DNA of 64,000 nucleotides, taken from IMG/VR virus record IMGVR_UViG_3300043037_000115; one strand, 5' to 3'. How positions within the stretch are numbered: position 1 is the first letter of the stretch; the number at the start of each line of letters is the position of its first letter. The notes beneath the pieces were generated by a model that searched no databases, was not told where the DNA came from, and saw only the letters and a program-made list of their open reading frames with translations. Positions 20,173-28,513 of this stretch are shown here, one piece after another. The translations under genes were made by a program, and so were the position numbers. The stretch is from an uncultured virus (IMG/VR IMGVR_UViG_3300043037_000115) (taxonomy: Duplodnaviria > Heunggongvirae > Uroviricota > Caudoviricetes).

Positions 20173-20792
20173 TGCGACAGGTTCAGCAGGCAGTGGCGCG
20201 GGCGCTTTCCACCATACGCCTTGCCTTCAGGGCGCGGCTTACCGGCTTGGACACCGCCCCGCGTGTTCAGCTGGTGCAGGCCGATGCGCTGGCGGGTGAA
20301 CGCCTGCAGGCGGCAGAGCTGTTTCAGCATTTCGGGTTTACCAGCGCTCCGCCGGAAGGCACCCAGCTGATTGTCCTGCCTCTGGGCGGTCGTACCGCCC
20401 ACAGCGTTATTGTGGCCACAGAACACGGCAACTACCGCATGGACGTTGCACAGGGCGAGGCCTGCATCTACAACCAGTGGGGGGCGCGCATCCATCTGAA
20501 GAAAGACCGTATAATAGAAGCCGACTGCGACCACTTCCGCATCAATGCGGCCCAAAGCATCACCATGCAGACAAAGTCATGGCAGGCCACGGCGACTGAG
20601 GGCGCAACCTTTGCCAGCCCCACGCTGGCCTTCGGCGGCATGGACGGTGAACAGGCGCAGGCCAGCATAAATGCCCACATAAACACAACCGGCGACATAA
20701 CCTCGCAGGGAGATCATGTCGCCGGTGGCATAAGCCAGAGGCATCACCGCCATCAGGGGGATTCCGGCGGGACTAGTGGGGAGCCTGAGTAG
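20166..20792 (+). CDS. Baseplate spike (Mu gp45-like)
   Basis: FQHFGFTSAPP and C-terminal HxH iron-binding motif. Confidence 0.88.
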   Translation: MVMRQVQQAVARALSTIRLAFRARLTGLDTAPRVQLVQADALAGERLQAAELFQHFGFTSAPPEGTQLIVLPLGGRTAHSVIVATEHGNYRMDVAQGEACIYNQWGARIHLKKDRIIEADCDHFRINAAQSITMQTKSWQATATEGATFASPTLAFGGMDGEQAQASINAHINTTGDITSQGDHVAGGISQRHHRHQGDSGGTSGEPE

Positions 20793-20793
20793 C

Positions 20794-21462
20794 TTATAAT
20801 TTTTTTAAAGTGTTAGCCTTTGTTTTATTGACGAGAGATATTTCAATTGCACTCTCGACAATATCCAGAGCAATTATGACTTGCTTTTCATTTGGCTGAC
20901 TTTTTCTGTGAACAACATCGTTTCCAAATTTTGTAACATCAATAAGATAATTCGCCTGATCTTGTGTAAAAATATTTTTTTTTATACTATTTTTGATGTT
21001 TTCTTGAAAATTCTTTTTATCTTCTTTGTTCACGTGAACCATAAACTGTTCAGTGAAAGTCCTTAATCCCATAATTACAATTGAATAAAGCCCATTGTTT
21101 AGTCCTGAGTATATTTCATTGTATAATGTGCCTGATGATTCAGACCATAGTACTTCTTCAATACAACTTTTAGGTTTAAATTTGTTTTTTGGATAAATAG
21201 CTACATCAATTTTATTTTCTTCATGATATTCTTTTTCAGAAAAGTAAGATTCTATTGCAAAAAATATGTATCCACATCCATTACATTCAACGATGTAGTA
21301 TTTGTCCCATCCATCAACCCCACACCTGTATTCATACTCTTCATAGTTATCATAACTATGCTCGACAGCGCCAAGCACTTTACAGTGACGATATCCATCA
21401 CATCTTGTACAATAAATTTTTTTGTCATCTACATTTTCAATTATTTCTGTTTTGGATGTCAC
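20794..21462 (-). CDS. Moron: Zn-ribbon plus DUF4145/HEPN-like protein
   Basis: Very AT-rich, antisense to tail genes; two CxxC pairs; GNDVVH motif. Confidence 0.7.
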   Translation of the reverse strand: MTSKTEIIENVDDKKIYCTRCDGYRHCKVLGAVEHSYDNYEEYEYRCGVDGWDKYYIVECNGCGYIFFAIESYFSEKEYHEENKIDVAIYPKNKFKPKSCIEEVLWSESSGTLYNEIYSGLNNGLYSIVIMGLRTFTEQFMVHVNKEDKKNFQENIKNSIKKNIFTQDQANYLIDVTKFGNDVVHRKSQPNEKQVIIALDIVESAIEISLVNKTKANTLKKL

Positions 21463-21473
21463 TGGTACTCCTC

Positions 21474-21524
21474 CTGAACCCCTTCCACCTGTCCTGTATC
21501 TCAGCCGCCACTACAGTGGCGGCA
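21474..21524 (+). promoter_or_regulatory. Late promoter for baseplate/fibre genes
   Basis: Identical 23-bp box; TACAGT inside GCCGCCAC/GTGGCGGC; ATG 7 nt after the -10. Confidence 0.75.
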
Positions 21525-21880
21525 TGGGAAACGATGCAGGGTTAAATCCATATACAGGCGACTACACCGGAGAGCGCATCAGCCATCTGGGCAACGCCAT
21601 CTATCTGCGCATCATGACGCCTCTGGGCACATGGTGGGCAGACCCCACGGTAGGTTCGCGCCTGCACGAAATAGCGCGCGAAAAAGACCTGCCCCGCATC
21701 CGTACCCTTGCACAGCAATATGCCCAGCAGGCATTGGCCCCGTTGGTTGAGGCAGGCAGAGCGCAGTCCATACAGGTGACGGCCATGCAGCCGCATAACG
21801 GTGTATGCCTGTTGATTATCTGTGCCACTGATTCAACCGGTAATCAACAGACTTTCCAATACCCTGTTCGTGTTATCTGA
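21524..21880 (+). CDS. Baseplate wedge protein (Mu gp46-like)
   Basis: WWADPTVGSRLH and YAQQALAPL motifs. Confidence 0.85.
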   Translation: MGNDAGLNPYTGDYTGERISHLGNAIYLRIMTPLGTWWADPTVGSRLHEIAREKDLPRIRTLAQQYAQQALAPLVEAGRAQSIQVTAMQPHNGVCLLIICATDSTGNQQTFQYPVRVI

Positions 21881-21899
21881 ACAGATTACAGGATTCGCC

Positions 21900-22961
21900 A
21901 TGCCGTATATCACGCCAGACTTCGCCGCTATCCGTCAGGGTATTCTGCGCGATACGCAAAACCTGCAACCCGATGCCGCGACGTTGCCCGACAGCGACAA
22001 CTACGTGCGGGCCAGTGCCACGGCATCGGCCATCGAAGGGTTGTACCAGCACCAGCTGTGGATTGCCCGCCAGATTCTGCCGGACACGGCGGATACCGAA
22101 TACCTTGAAATTCATTGCGGCCTGCGCGGCATCACCCGCAAACCGGCTACCAGAGCCACAGGCACCCTGACGCTGCACGGTGCACCGCAGACACCCGCAG
22201 CGGCAGGCATCCGTGCCGCACACCCCGCATCAGGAGAACAATTTGCCACCACGGCGGCGGCTGTGCTGGATGAAACCGGCACCGCGGCCGTGCCCTGCCG
22301 GGCCGTAACGGCCAAGGCCCTGCCGGATTACACGGCAGAGCCGGTAACGCTGGTCAATGCGCCATCCGGCATACTTTCCGGCGCACAGCTGTCCCTTGCC
22401 GGCGGCACCGATGCCGAAAGCGACGCCCAGCTGCTGGAGCGTCTGCTGCTGCATATGCGTACTCCGCCGGGCGGCGGCAACCGCTACGATTATCAGCGCT
22501 GGGCGCTGGAGGTGCCCGGCGTTACCGCGGCTTTTGTGTATCCCCTGCGCCGCGGCCTCGGCACAGTGGACGTGGCGGTGCTGTCCGCCGACGGTTTGCC
22601 CGCTGCAGAGCTGGTAACGGCGGTTCAGGCGCATATTGATGCACAGCGCCCTGTTACGGCCGCCGGCGTCACCGTGCTGGCCCCGCAGCCGCTGATGATA
22701 GACGTGCACGCCGCCGTGCGGCTGCAGGGCACCACCCTGCCCGTGGTAACGGCGCAGCTTCAGCAGTCGCTTGCCGTATTTTTCGCCGCACTGCTGCCGG
22801 GCGACCTTGTGGTGCGTTCCCATCTGGAGGCGCTCATATCCGGCATGGCAGGCGTGCAGGACAGACAGCTGATAACCCCCGCCGCTAACGTGCAGGCCGT
22901 GGTGGATGCCACCCGCCTGCAATGGCCCAGACCGGGGCAGGTGACGCTGGAGGCCATGTAA
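21900..22961 (+). CDS. Baseplate J-like protein (Mu gp47)
   Basis: GGTDAESD, GGNRYDYQRWA, RRGLGTVDV motifs. Confidence 0.9.
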   Translation: MPYITPDFAAIRQGILRDTQNLQPDAATLPDSDNYVRASATASAIEGLYQHQLWIARQILPDTADTEYLEIHCGLRGITRKPATRATGTLTLHGAPQTPAAAGIRAAHPASGEQFATTAAAVLDETGTAAVPCRAVTAKALPDYTAEPVTLVNAPSGILSGAQLSLAGGTDAESDAQLLERLLLHMRTPPGGGNRYDYQRWALEVPGVTAAFVYPLRRGLGTVDVAVLSADGLPAAELVTAVQAHIDAQRPVTAAGVTVLAPQPLMIDVHAAVRLQGTTLPVVTAQLQQSLAVFFAALLPGDLVVRSHLEALISGMAGVQDRQLITPAANVQAVVDATRLQWPRPGQVTLEAM

Positions 22962-23543
22962 ATGGGCCATATCCGGTTGTTGCAACACCTGCTGCCCCCC
23001 ACCAGCTACAGCGCGGAAGCCCCGCGCCTGCGGGCGCAGCTGCACGCAGAAGGCAACGCCCTTGATGCCGCGCTGGCCGCTTCTGTACGTGCCGTCATGG
23101 GCATAGACCCGTTCCGCGCACAGGAATGGCTGCCGGACTGGGAGCGTGTTTACGGCCTGCCCGATGCCTGTTCCCATCCTGATACCACGCTGCAGGAACG
23201 CATCATGGCATTGGCCATAGCCGTGCAGGAACAGGCCGGCCTGTCGCGGGCATGGTTTACGCGCCTTGCCATGCTGCTTGGCTACAGAGTGGTGGTGCAC
23301 GAATACCCGCCGTTCTGCGCCGGTTCACATGCGGGGGACATGCTGACCAACGGCGACTGGCAATGGGCATGGGGGGTAGCCGCACCTGCCATTACCGAAC
23401 GCCGCTTCAGCGCCGGACGCAGCGCCGCGGGCGAAACCCTGTCCTCATGGGGCGATCATCTGCTGGAATGTGTCTTCCGCAGGCTGAAACCGGCCCATAC
23501 CGAAGTCCTTTTTTCATACGGAGGAACCAATGCACCGGATTGA
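22962..23543 (+). CDS. Mu gp48-like (DUF2313/YmfQ)
   Basis: LPDWERVYGLPD and LECVFRRLKPAHT motifs. Confidence 0.88.
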   Translation: MGHIRLLQHLLPPTSYSAEAPRLRAQLHAEGNALDAALAASVRAVMGIDPFRAQEWLPDWERVYGLPDACSHPDTTLQERIMALAIAVQEQAGLSRAWFTRLAMLLGYRVVVHEYPPFCAGSHAGDMLTNGDWQWAWGVAAPAITERRFSAGRSAAGETLSSWGDHLLECVFRRLKPAHTEVLFSYGGTNAPD

Positions 23544-24957
23544 TTCACAAGGTGCCACCGCGGAGGGGCGCTTTACCGAAGGTAACCCCACCATACCGGA
23601 ACCTGCCACCGTGGTCAGCGCCGACTGGCTGAATGCCGTGCAGGATGAAATTCTGAATGTACTGGCAGAGGCGGGCATACAGCCGGAAAAAGCGGATAAC
23701 GCACAGCTGAAAGAAGCCATTCTCAAACTGGGACCGGAGCGTTTCAGGGGATTTTCCGCCGGAGGGCAGCATGCGTCATTTGAAGGTGACCTGAACACCA
23801 TCGCCCATAACAGTCTGTACGCCTGTGACCGGGCCAAAGTGCAGAATGCACCGGAGCTGCCTGCGGGTACGTGGGCTTTTGTGCATACCATGGTTCTGCC
23901 TGCCGATGCCGGACGCACACAGGTGTGCTGGCCTGCTGACGACCCTGACCACCCCGGCTGGAACCGCCGCCGTACCTCCACCGGCCAGTGGAGCGACTGG
24001 CGGGTGGTAGGCTCCGGCGAAGGCGGTATGCCCGTAGGCACGTTGCTGTTTTCCACCACCGGCACACCGCTGCCCGGCACCGTTCCTGTAAACGTAAAGC
24101 AGAAATTCGCATTGGAGGTGTACCCTCAGTTGACAGCATGGGTGCGCAGCTGCGGGGGCTATCTGGCCACAGAGGCGGAATGGGACGCAGAAGCCGCCGC
24201 ACAGGAAGGCTCCTGCGGCAAGTACTGCCTGACGGATACGCATATCATTCTGCCTTGCTACAGACACTACTTCTCGGCCGCGCAGAATGGTGCGGCAGGT
24301 AAAGCGGCAGGCGACTGGGCCGGTGATGCCATACGGAACATTACGGGTGAGCTGAAGTCCAGCACATCCCCCAATGCGCTGTTACCCAGCCTCAGAGACA
24401 CGGCAGGCGCCTCCGGCGCATTTCTGGTGCACCAAGAGGACCTTACGGGACGTGTGGAGAACATCGTCCAGAATGTATATGTAGGGGCTGACCGCGTCAT
24501 TTTCGACGCTTCCCGCGTAGTCCCCACAGCCGAAGAAAACCGCCCGAAAACCAGTTATCTGCTGCCCTGCATCAAAGCCTTTGATGTGGCTGTAAATACC
24601 GCACAGGTGGACATGCAGGCTCTTGCCGCACAGGTCAGCGCCATTAACGGCAACAAGGTTGACCGCAGCGAGTGGACGCAGAGTCTGGGCGAAAGCGGCT
24701 GGCAACGGCTGCCCAGCGGGCTGATTCTGCAGTGGGGCACCGGTTCTGTATCAACTGGAGTCGCCACAGAGGTAACGCTGCCGATCGCCTACCCGAACGC
24801 GCATCTTTCTTGCGTTGCTGTTATCGGCATTGACTACGGTTCTGTCGGCAACGACGCCATCGCTGTATACAACAGGATGGCAGGCAAGTTCACCCTGAAG
24901 GGAGAACACTCCGGTTCAACTGTAATGCCATATTCATACATTTCCATCGGCTACTAA
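23530..24957 (+). CDS. Tail fibre
   Basis: MHRID...FTEGNP...WLNAVQDE N-terminus; GWQRLPSGLILQWG C-terminal domain. Confidence 0.9.
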   Translation: MHRIDSQGATAEGRFTEGNPTIPEPATVVSADWLNAVQDEILNVLAEAGIQPEKADNAQLKEAILKLGPERFRGFSAGGQHASFEGDLNTIAHNSLYACDRAKVQNAPELPAGTWAFVHTMVLPADAGRTQVCWPADDPDHPGWNRRRTSTGQWSDWRVVGSGEGGMPVGTLLFSTTGTPLPGTVPVNVKQKFALEVYPQLTAWVRSCGGYLATEAEWDAEAAAQEGSCGKYCLTDTHIILPCYRHYFSAAQNGAAGKAAGDWAGDAIRNITGELKSSTSPNALLPSLRDTAGASGAFLVHQEDLTGRVENIVQNVYVGADRVIFDASRVVPTAEENRPKTSYLLPCIKAFDVAVNTAQVDMQALAAQVSAINGNKVDRSEWTQSLGESGWQRLPSGLILQWGTGSVSTGVATEVTLPIAYPNAHLSCVAVIGIDYGSVGNDAIAVYNRMAGKFTLKGEHSGSTVMPYSYISIGY

Positions 24958-25540
24958 GGAGGCCGCACAATGAAATACAGCCCTTCAACAAACGGCTTTT
25001 ATCACCCCGACATACACGGCAACAGCATCCCCGCCGATGCCGTGGCCGTCAGTCCCGAAGACCATGCCACACTGCTGGCCGCACAGGCGCGGGGGCAGAT
25101 AATCCGGCCCGATGAAAACGGCTGTCCCGTGGCCATAACACCCGCCGCACCGCCTGCGCCTACCCGCGCAGAACTGTACACGGCTAAACAGGCGGAAATC
25201 CGCGACGGGGCCGAAGCCATGCTGACCGCGCTGGCCGCGGAATACGCTCCGCTGGAACGCCAGACATGGGACCAGCAGGCGGCAGAGGCCGAAGCCCTGC
25301 AGGCGGATGCGGACGCACCGGCCCCGCTGGTGCGGGCCATTGCCGCCACGCGGGGCATGCCCGTGGGTGAGCTTGCCGCCCGTATCCTTGCCAACCGCAC
25401 CGCATGGGTTGCCGTATCCGGCCATGTGGTAGGCCAGCGCCTTGCCTATCAGGATGCGCTGGAAGCAACACAGGGGCTGGACGATGCGCAGGCGGCAGAT
25501 ACCATACAGGGCATCAACCCCGTCTACACGTTGCCGGAGG
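24025..25540 (+). repeat. Copy 1 of a ~1.5-kb inverted repeat (fibre tip plus chaperone), partner 42521-44036
   Basis: Position x maps to 68061-x with no indels seen; alternate-frame ORFs identical in both copies. Confidence 0.95.
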
Positions 25541-25548
25541 ATGCGTAG
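24970..25548 (+). CDS. Tail fibre assembly chaperone
   Basis: YSPSTNGFY N-terminus; follows the fibre gene. Confidence 0.8.
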   Translation: MKYSPSTNGFYHPDIHGNSIPADAVAVSPEDHATLLAAQARGQIIRPDENGCPVAITPAAPPAPTRAELYTAKQAEIRDGAEAMLTALAAEYAPLERQTWDQQAAEAEALQADADAPAPLVRAIAATRGMPVGELAARILANRTAWVAVSGHVVGQRLAYQDALEATQGLDDAQAADTIQGINPVYTLPEDA

Positions 25549-25782
25549 ATGACAGATATTCTTGATATGGCAGCCGAGGTGGAACGTTTGCAGCGCGAGG
25601 CCGCCATAGCCCGTGCCCGTTCCGGGACATTACGTTCCGCCGGCGGACCGCAGATCATTGACGGCATAGCCTGCTGCCGGGAATGCGGTGAACCTATTCC
25701 GGCGGCACGACTGGCCGCCGTGGCCGGTGTTTCTTTGTGTGTGGACTGCGCCGGCCGGCAGGAGCGACATGATGTTTACTGA
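25549..25782 (+). CDS. TraR/DksA C4 zinc-finger protein
   Basis: MTDILDMA...CRECGEPIPAARL..CVDC. Confidence 0.88.
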   Translation: MTDILDMAAEVERLQREAAIARARSGTLRSAGGPQIIDGIACCRECGEPIPAARLAAVAGVSLCVDCAGRQERHDVY

Positions 25783-26344
25783 TACAGCGGCACATACCAT
25801 GCTTGATGCGCTGGACATAGCGTATGCAGCTCTGCATGCGGCCTATCCGGGAGCCGACGGGGCAGATGCGGAGCTTTCCGGCGGAAACTATGCCCGCAGG
25901 CCCGTGGCACTGCAGGCAGCTTCCGCCCGCGCCCGCACTCTTTCAGCCCCCGTCACGTTTGAAGTTCCCTCCGGCGCCACAGTGGCCTGGTTGTCGTGGC
26001 GCAAGGCGGACGGAAGCTGCGTTGCGGTCACACCGCTGGGGGGCGAAGCGCCCAGAGCGGCCATCACCGACCCCGCAACAGATATCGTCACCTGTGAAAA
26101 CCACGGCTTCGCAGACGGATATACCGTGGTGTTCAGCGGAGAACCGCCTGCGGGGCTGCAGACAGGCGTTATCTATCATGTGCGCGATGTAGCGGGCGAC
26201 ACCTTCAGAGTGGCGGCAGCCGCTGGCGGCGCCGCCGTGGATATCACCGCAGACGGGGTGGCCCGTGTGACCCGCATCGTGCCGGAGATATACAACAACG
26301 CCGGTACCTACCAGCTTACCGGCGCGGTGCTGGCGCTGGAATAG
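25772..26344 (+). CDS. Putative virion fibre/structural protein
   Basis: ELSGGNYARRPV N-terminus and beta-rich YHVRD..DTFRVA..GGAAVDIT segment. Confidence 0.55.
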   Translation: MFTDTAAHTMLDALDIAYAALHAAYPGADGADAELSGGNYARRPVALQAASARARTLSAPVTFEVPSGATVAWLSWRKADGSCVAVTPLGGEAPRAAITDPATDIVTCENHGFADGYTVVFSGEPPAGLQTGVIYHVRDVAGDTFRVAAAAGGAAVDITADGVARVTRIVPEIYNNAGTYQLTGAVLALE

Positions 26345-26353
26345 GCTGCGGCG

Positions 26354-26551
26354 ATGAAACAATACCGTTGCCCGATCATAGGTGCAGAAACAACGGACCA
26401 GCGGCCTGCGGCGGCCGGCTGTGTGGCCTGGTGGTGGGTGGTACGCCTGCTGCCCGACGGTACCGCGCTGGTAGCCTGTCCGCAGGTCAGCCCGCAGCAG
26501 CACGCCGCGCTGCTGGCCGCCGGCTGTACAGAGGTCCCGACCGATGGCTGA
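26354..26551 (+). CDS. Small hypothetical protein
   Basis: Tightly packed in the operon; overlaps the next start. Confidence 0.5.
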   Translation: MKQYRCPIIGAETTDQRPAAAGCVAWWWVVRLLPDGTALVACPQVSPQQHAALLAAGCTEVPTDG

Positions 26552-27575
26552 TTTTTACACACCCTTCACAGGGGCGGCGGGCACCACGCTGGAAAGTCTG
26601 GGCTGGCATACGGTCATTGCCTACGGCGACTACAAGTACCGGCTGACAGGGGATGGCTATGCCTATGGCATGACCGTGGGCATGAGTCACTCCGACCGGC
26701 AGTACACCGATACCGAGCAGATCGTCACGGTTACGCGGCGTGACGATCTGACGGATAACACTCTGGTGTTGATGGCACGGCAGGACGCTCCGGACAACAA
26801 ATACGCGTGTGTCCGCATTTACATAAAGGCCGGCGAGATCAAGCTGGTGCAGGATTATACGACATACGGGACGTTTACCCGCGACCTAGCCGTTGGAGAT
26901 TCAGAGACTCTGGCTGTCCGGGCAGAGGGTGAGCAGTTCACGGTGTACCGCAATGGAGAACCGGTCATCGGGCCGGTTACGCTGACAAAATACAGACAGG
27001 GCCATGCCTGTATGGGGACATGGTCAACGGCATGGGACAAACAGCAAAGCGGGATTCTGTTCGGCAGCTATTCCTTTGCCGACCTTTCGACCGGCGCAGG
27101 AGCCTCCGGCACCGCGGCCGGTATCGCCCGTCTTGTGTGTCTGGCATCCGGCCGGCGCGGCGCCCACGGCCTTACCGGCGGCGCGCGTGTGCCATACCAG
27201 CAGACAACAGCCTGTAAAAACGGCACAGCGGCATCGCATGTCGCCGCCTGCGGAACAGATCCGGCCAGCGGCAATAAAATGGCGCTGTCAGGCTGTACCG
27301 GCCATATCCGCCACACGCCCACAGCACAGACAACAGGCACAAAACAGACCGCCGCCCTTGCCGTTAACAGCGGCGCAGTCCGCATTACTGCCCGGGCGCA
27401 CAAAAAGCTGGCAGGAACATCCTCGGCCCTGTGTCTTGCCCGCCTGCTGGCGTATGCCGGCCATGCCAAGATGCCCGTGCCGCCCCGGCAGCGCATTTAC
27501 ACCGCCCGCCCGCTGCACAGGCTGCATACAGCATCCACCATTCAAAGGCAGATCATCCTGCCGGCAACGAGGTGA
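26544..27575 (+). CDS. Putative auxiliary fibre (lectin-like N-terminus, Ala/Gly/Thr-rich C-terminus)
   Basis: Beta-rich VRAEGEQFTVYRNG segment; operon context. Confidence 0.5.
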   Translation: MADFYTPFTGAAGTTLESLGWHTVIAYGDYKYRLTGDGYAYGMTVGMSHSDRQYTDTEQIVTVTRRDDLTDNTLVLMARQDAPDNKYACVRIYIKAGEIKLVQDYTTYGTFTRDLAVGDSETLAVRAEGEQFTVYRNGEPVIGPVTLTKYRQGHACMGTWSTAWDKQQSGILFGSYSFADLSTGAGASGTAAGIARLVCLASGRRGAHGLTGGARVPYQQTTACKNGTAASHVAACGTDPASGNKMALSGCTGHIRHTPTAQTTGTKQTAALAVNSGAVRITARAHKKLAGTSSALCLARLLAYAGHAKMPVPPRQRIYTARPLHRLHTASTIQRQIILPATR

Positions 27576-27577
27576 TT

Positions 27578-27847
27578 ATGTACCCGTCCTGGCCGCCCAA
27601 GCTGGCAACTGAAAAACTGGATTACGCAGTGGATATGTCCGCAAGACTGGCCCCCGGAGAAAACATCTCCGAAGTCATATGGTCAGCGCCGGTTGCCCTG
27701 AAAGTCGAGCAGCAAACAATCTCCGGCCCGCTGCTCACCGCGCTGATCTCCGGCGGCTCCCCGGGGCACCATCATCCGGTGACAATTACCGCCCGGACAA
27801 CCGCCGGCAGAATCCTCGCAGAAAGAATCCTGCTGCCTGTCAGATAG
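27578..27847 (+). CDS. Putative fibre adaptor/base protein
   Basis: K..TEKLDYAVD..LAPGE.I motif; GAGG RBS. Confidence 0.55.
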   Translation: MYPSWPPKLATEKLDYAVDMSARLAPGENISEVIWSAPVALKVEQQTISGPLLTALISGGSPGHHHPVTITARTTAGRILAERILLPVR

Positions 27848-27858
27848 CCCGACAAACC

Positions 27859-27911
27859 TATGCCGAATCCATCCCCACGAAGTGCCAAATCCCGCGCCGC
27901 CTTACATTCCC
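27859..27911 (+). repeat. Prophage 1 right end (...TTACA at 27906) with TGCC(A/G)AAT sites and target duplication TTCCC
   Basis: Reverse complement is TGTAAG-N10-ATTTGGCAC, the same layout as the left end; flank TTCCC is the reverse complement of GGGAA at 40061. Confidence 0.85.
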
Positions 27912-27969
27912 AACGGAATCTCGCAAATCCTGGCTAACCGGAAATGTTATCCAAACGGTTATCCACACG

Positions 27970-28003
27970 AAAAAAGGCTTACAAGTCAAAACTTGTAAGC
28001 CTT
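27970..28003 (-). terminator. Intrinsic terminator downstream of the tRNA fragment
   Basis: AAGGCTTACAAGT/ACTTGTAAGCCTT stem followed by a T6 tract on the - strand. Confidence 0.85.
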
Positions 28004-28263
28004 AGAAATTCTTGGTGGAGCTGGAGGGAATTGAACCCACGACCTCTTGAATGCCATCCAAGTGTTGCTTTAATGTAGGCGATACTGGAAGCCACAAGGG
28101 CGCCGGTAATACCGCCGGCAACACCTCCTGCCACTGCCCCGGCACTGGCCGCACGCCTGTCCATGCCATCCATACGCTTATCCAGTGCATCAAGTTTGGC
28201 GTCCATACGCTCCAGCAGCATCAGCTCCTGTGTTCGTGCTTCCGTAGGCTTCTCATCGTGCAT
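27979..28263 (-). CDS. Pre-terminase membrane protein, reading through into the att (native stop displaced)
   Basis: 70 aa ending IKATLGW, then 24 aa encoded by the tRNA fragment and terminator. Confidence 0.7.
   Translation of the reverse strand: MHDEKPTEARTQELMLLERMDAKLDALDKRMDGMDRRAASAGAVAGGVAGGITGALVASSIAYIKATLGWHSRGRGFNSLQLHQEFLRLTSFDL
28013..28057 (-). pseudogene. 3' half of tRNA-Ala(GGC) = att site fragment (right inversion breakpoint)
   Basis: ATGGCATTCAAGAGGTCGTGGGTTCAATTCCCTCCAGCTCCACCA: anticodon loop, T-arm and CCA present; D-arm and 5' end absent. Confidence 0.85.
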
Positions 28264-28513
28264 TTCTGGCTCCGTCGCGTTCTATCAACCGGTCAAGTTT
28301 GGCATCCATGCGCTCCAGCCGGGACATGACCTCGGCGCGCATAGAACTGTAATCATCACGCCGCACGCAGGTGTCTTCCATACGGTCCCGCAGGCTTTGC
28401 AACTCTTTACTCCGCTGAGAATCGCGCGCCTGCATGGAGCGCCCCCACAAGGCGAAAATTGCAAGCAGCAAAGCCCACAGCCCGTTAAGGATAAGCAAAA
28501 ACAACTCGTTCAT
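28253..28513 (-). CDS. Small membrane/coiled-coil protein (Mu gp25-like position)
   Basis: N-terminal TM helix, VRRDDY motif, coiled coil. Confidence 0.7.
   Translation of the reverse strand: MNELFLLILNGLWALLLAIFALWGRSMQARDSQRSKELQSLRDRMEDTCVRRDDYSSMRAEVMSRLERMDAKLDRLIERDGARNAR

Larger units (their letters stand above)
2983..27906 (+). mobile_element. Prophage 1 (Mu-like) morphogenesis region and right end, inverted relative to its early region
   Basis: Mu-order gp27-gp48 genes on the + strand, ending ...GTGCCAAATCCCGCGCCGCCTTACA followed by TTCCC. Confidence 0.9.

Noticed and set aside
2975..28062. Inversion as an assembly artefact
   Set aside because: The junctions share only 4 bp (7 of 8 with flanks) and fall exactly in the integrase core, which assemblers would be unlikely to join by chance; read-level confirmation is still advisable
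28013..28090. Intact tRNA-Ala gene
   Set aside because: Only the anticodon loop to CCA is present; upstream is phage coding sequence, and even after undoing the inversion the 5' half is absent
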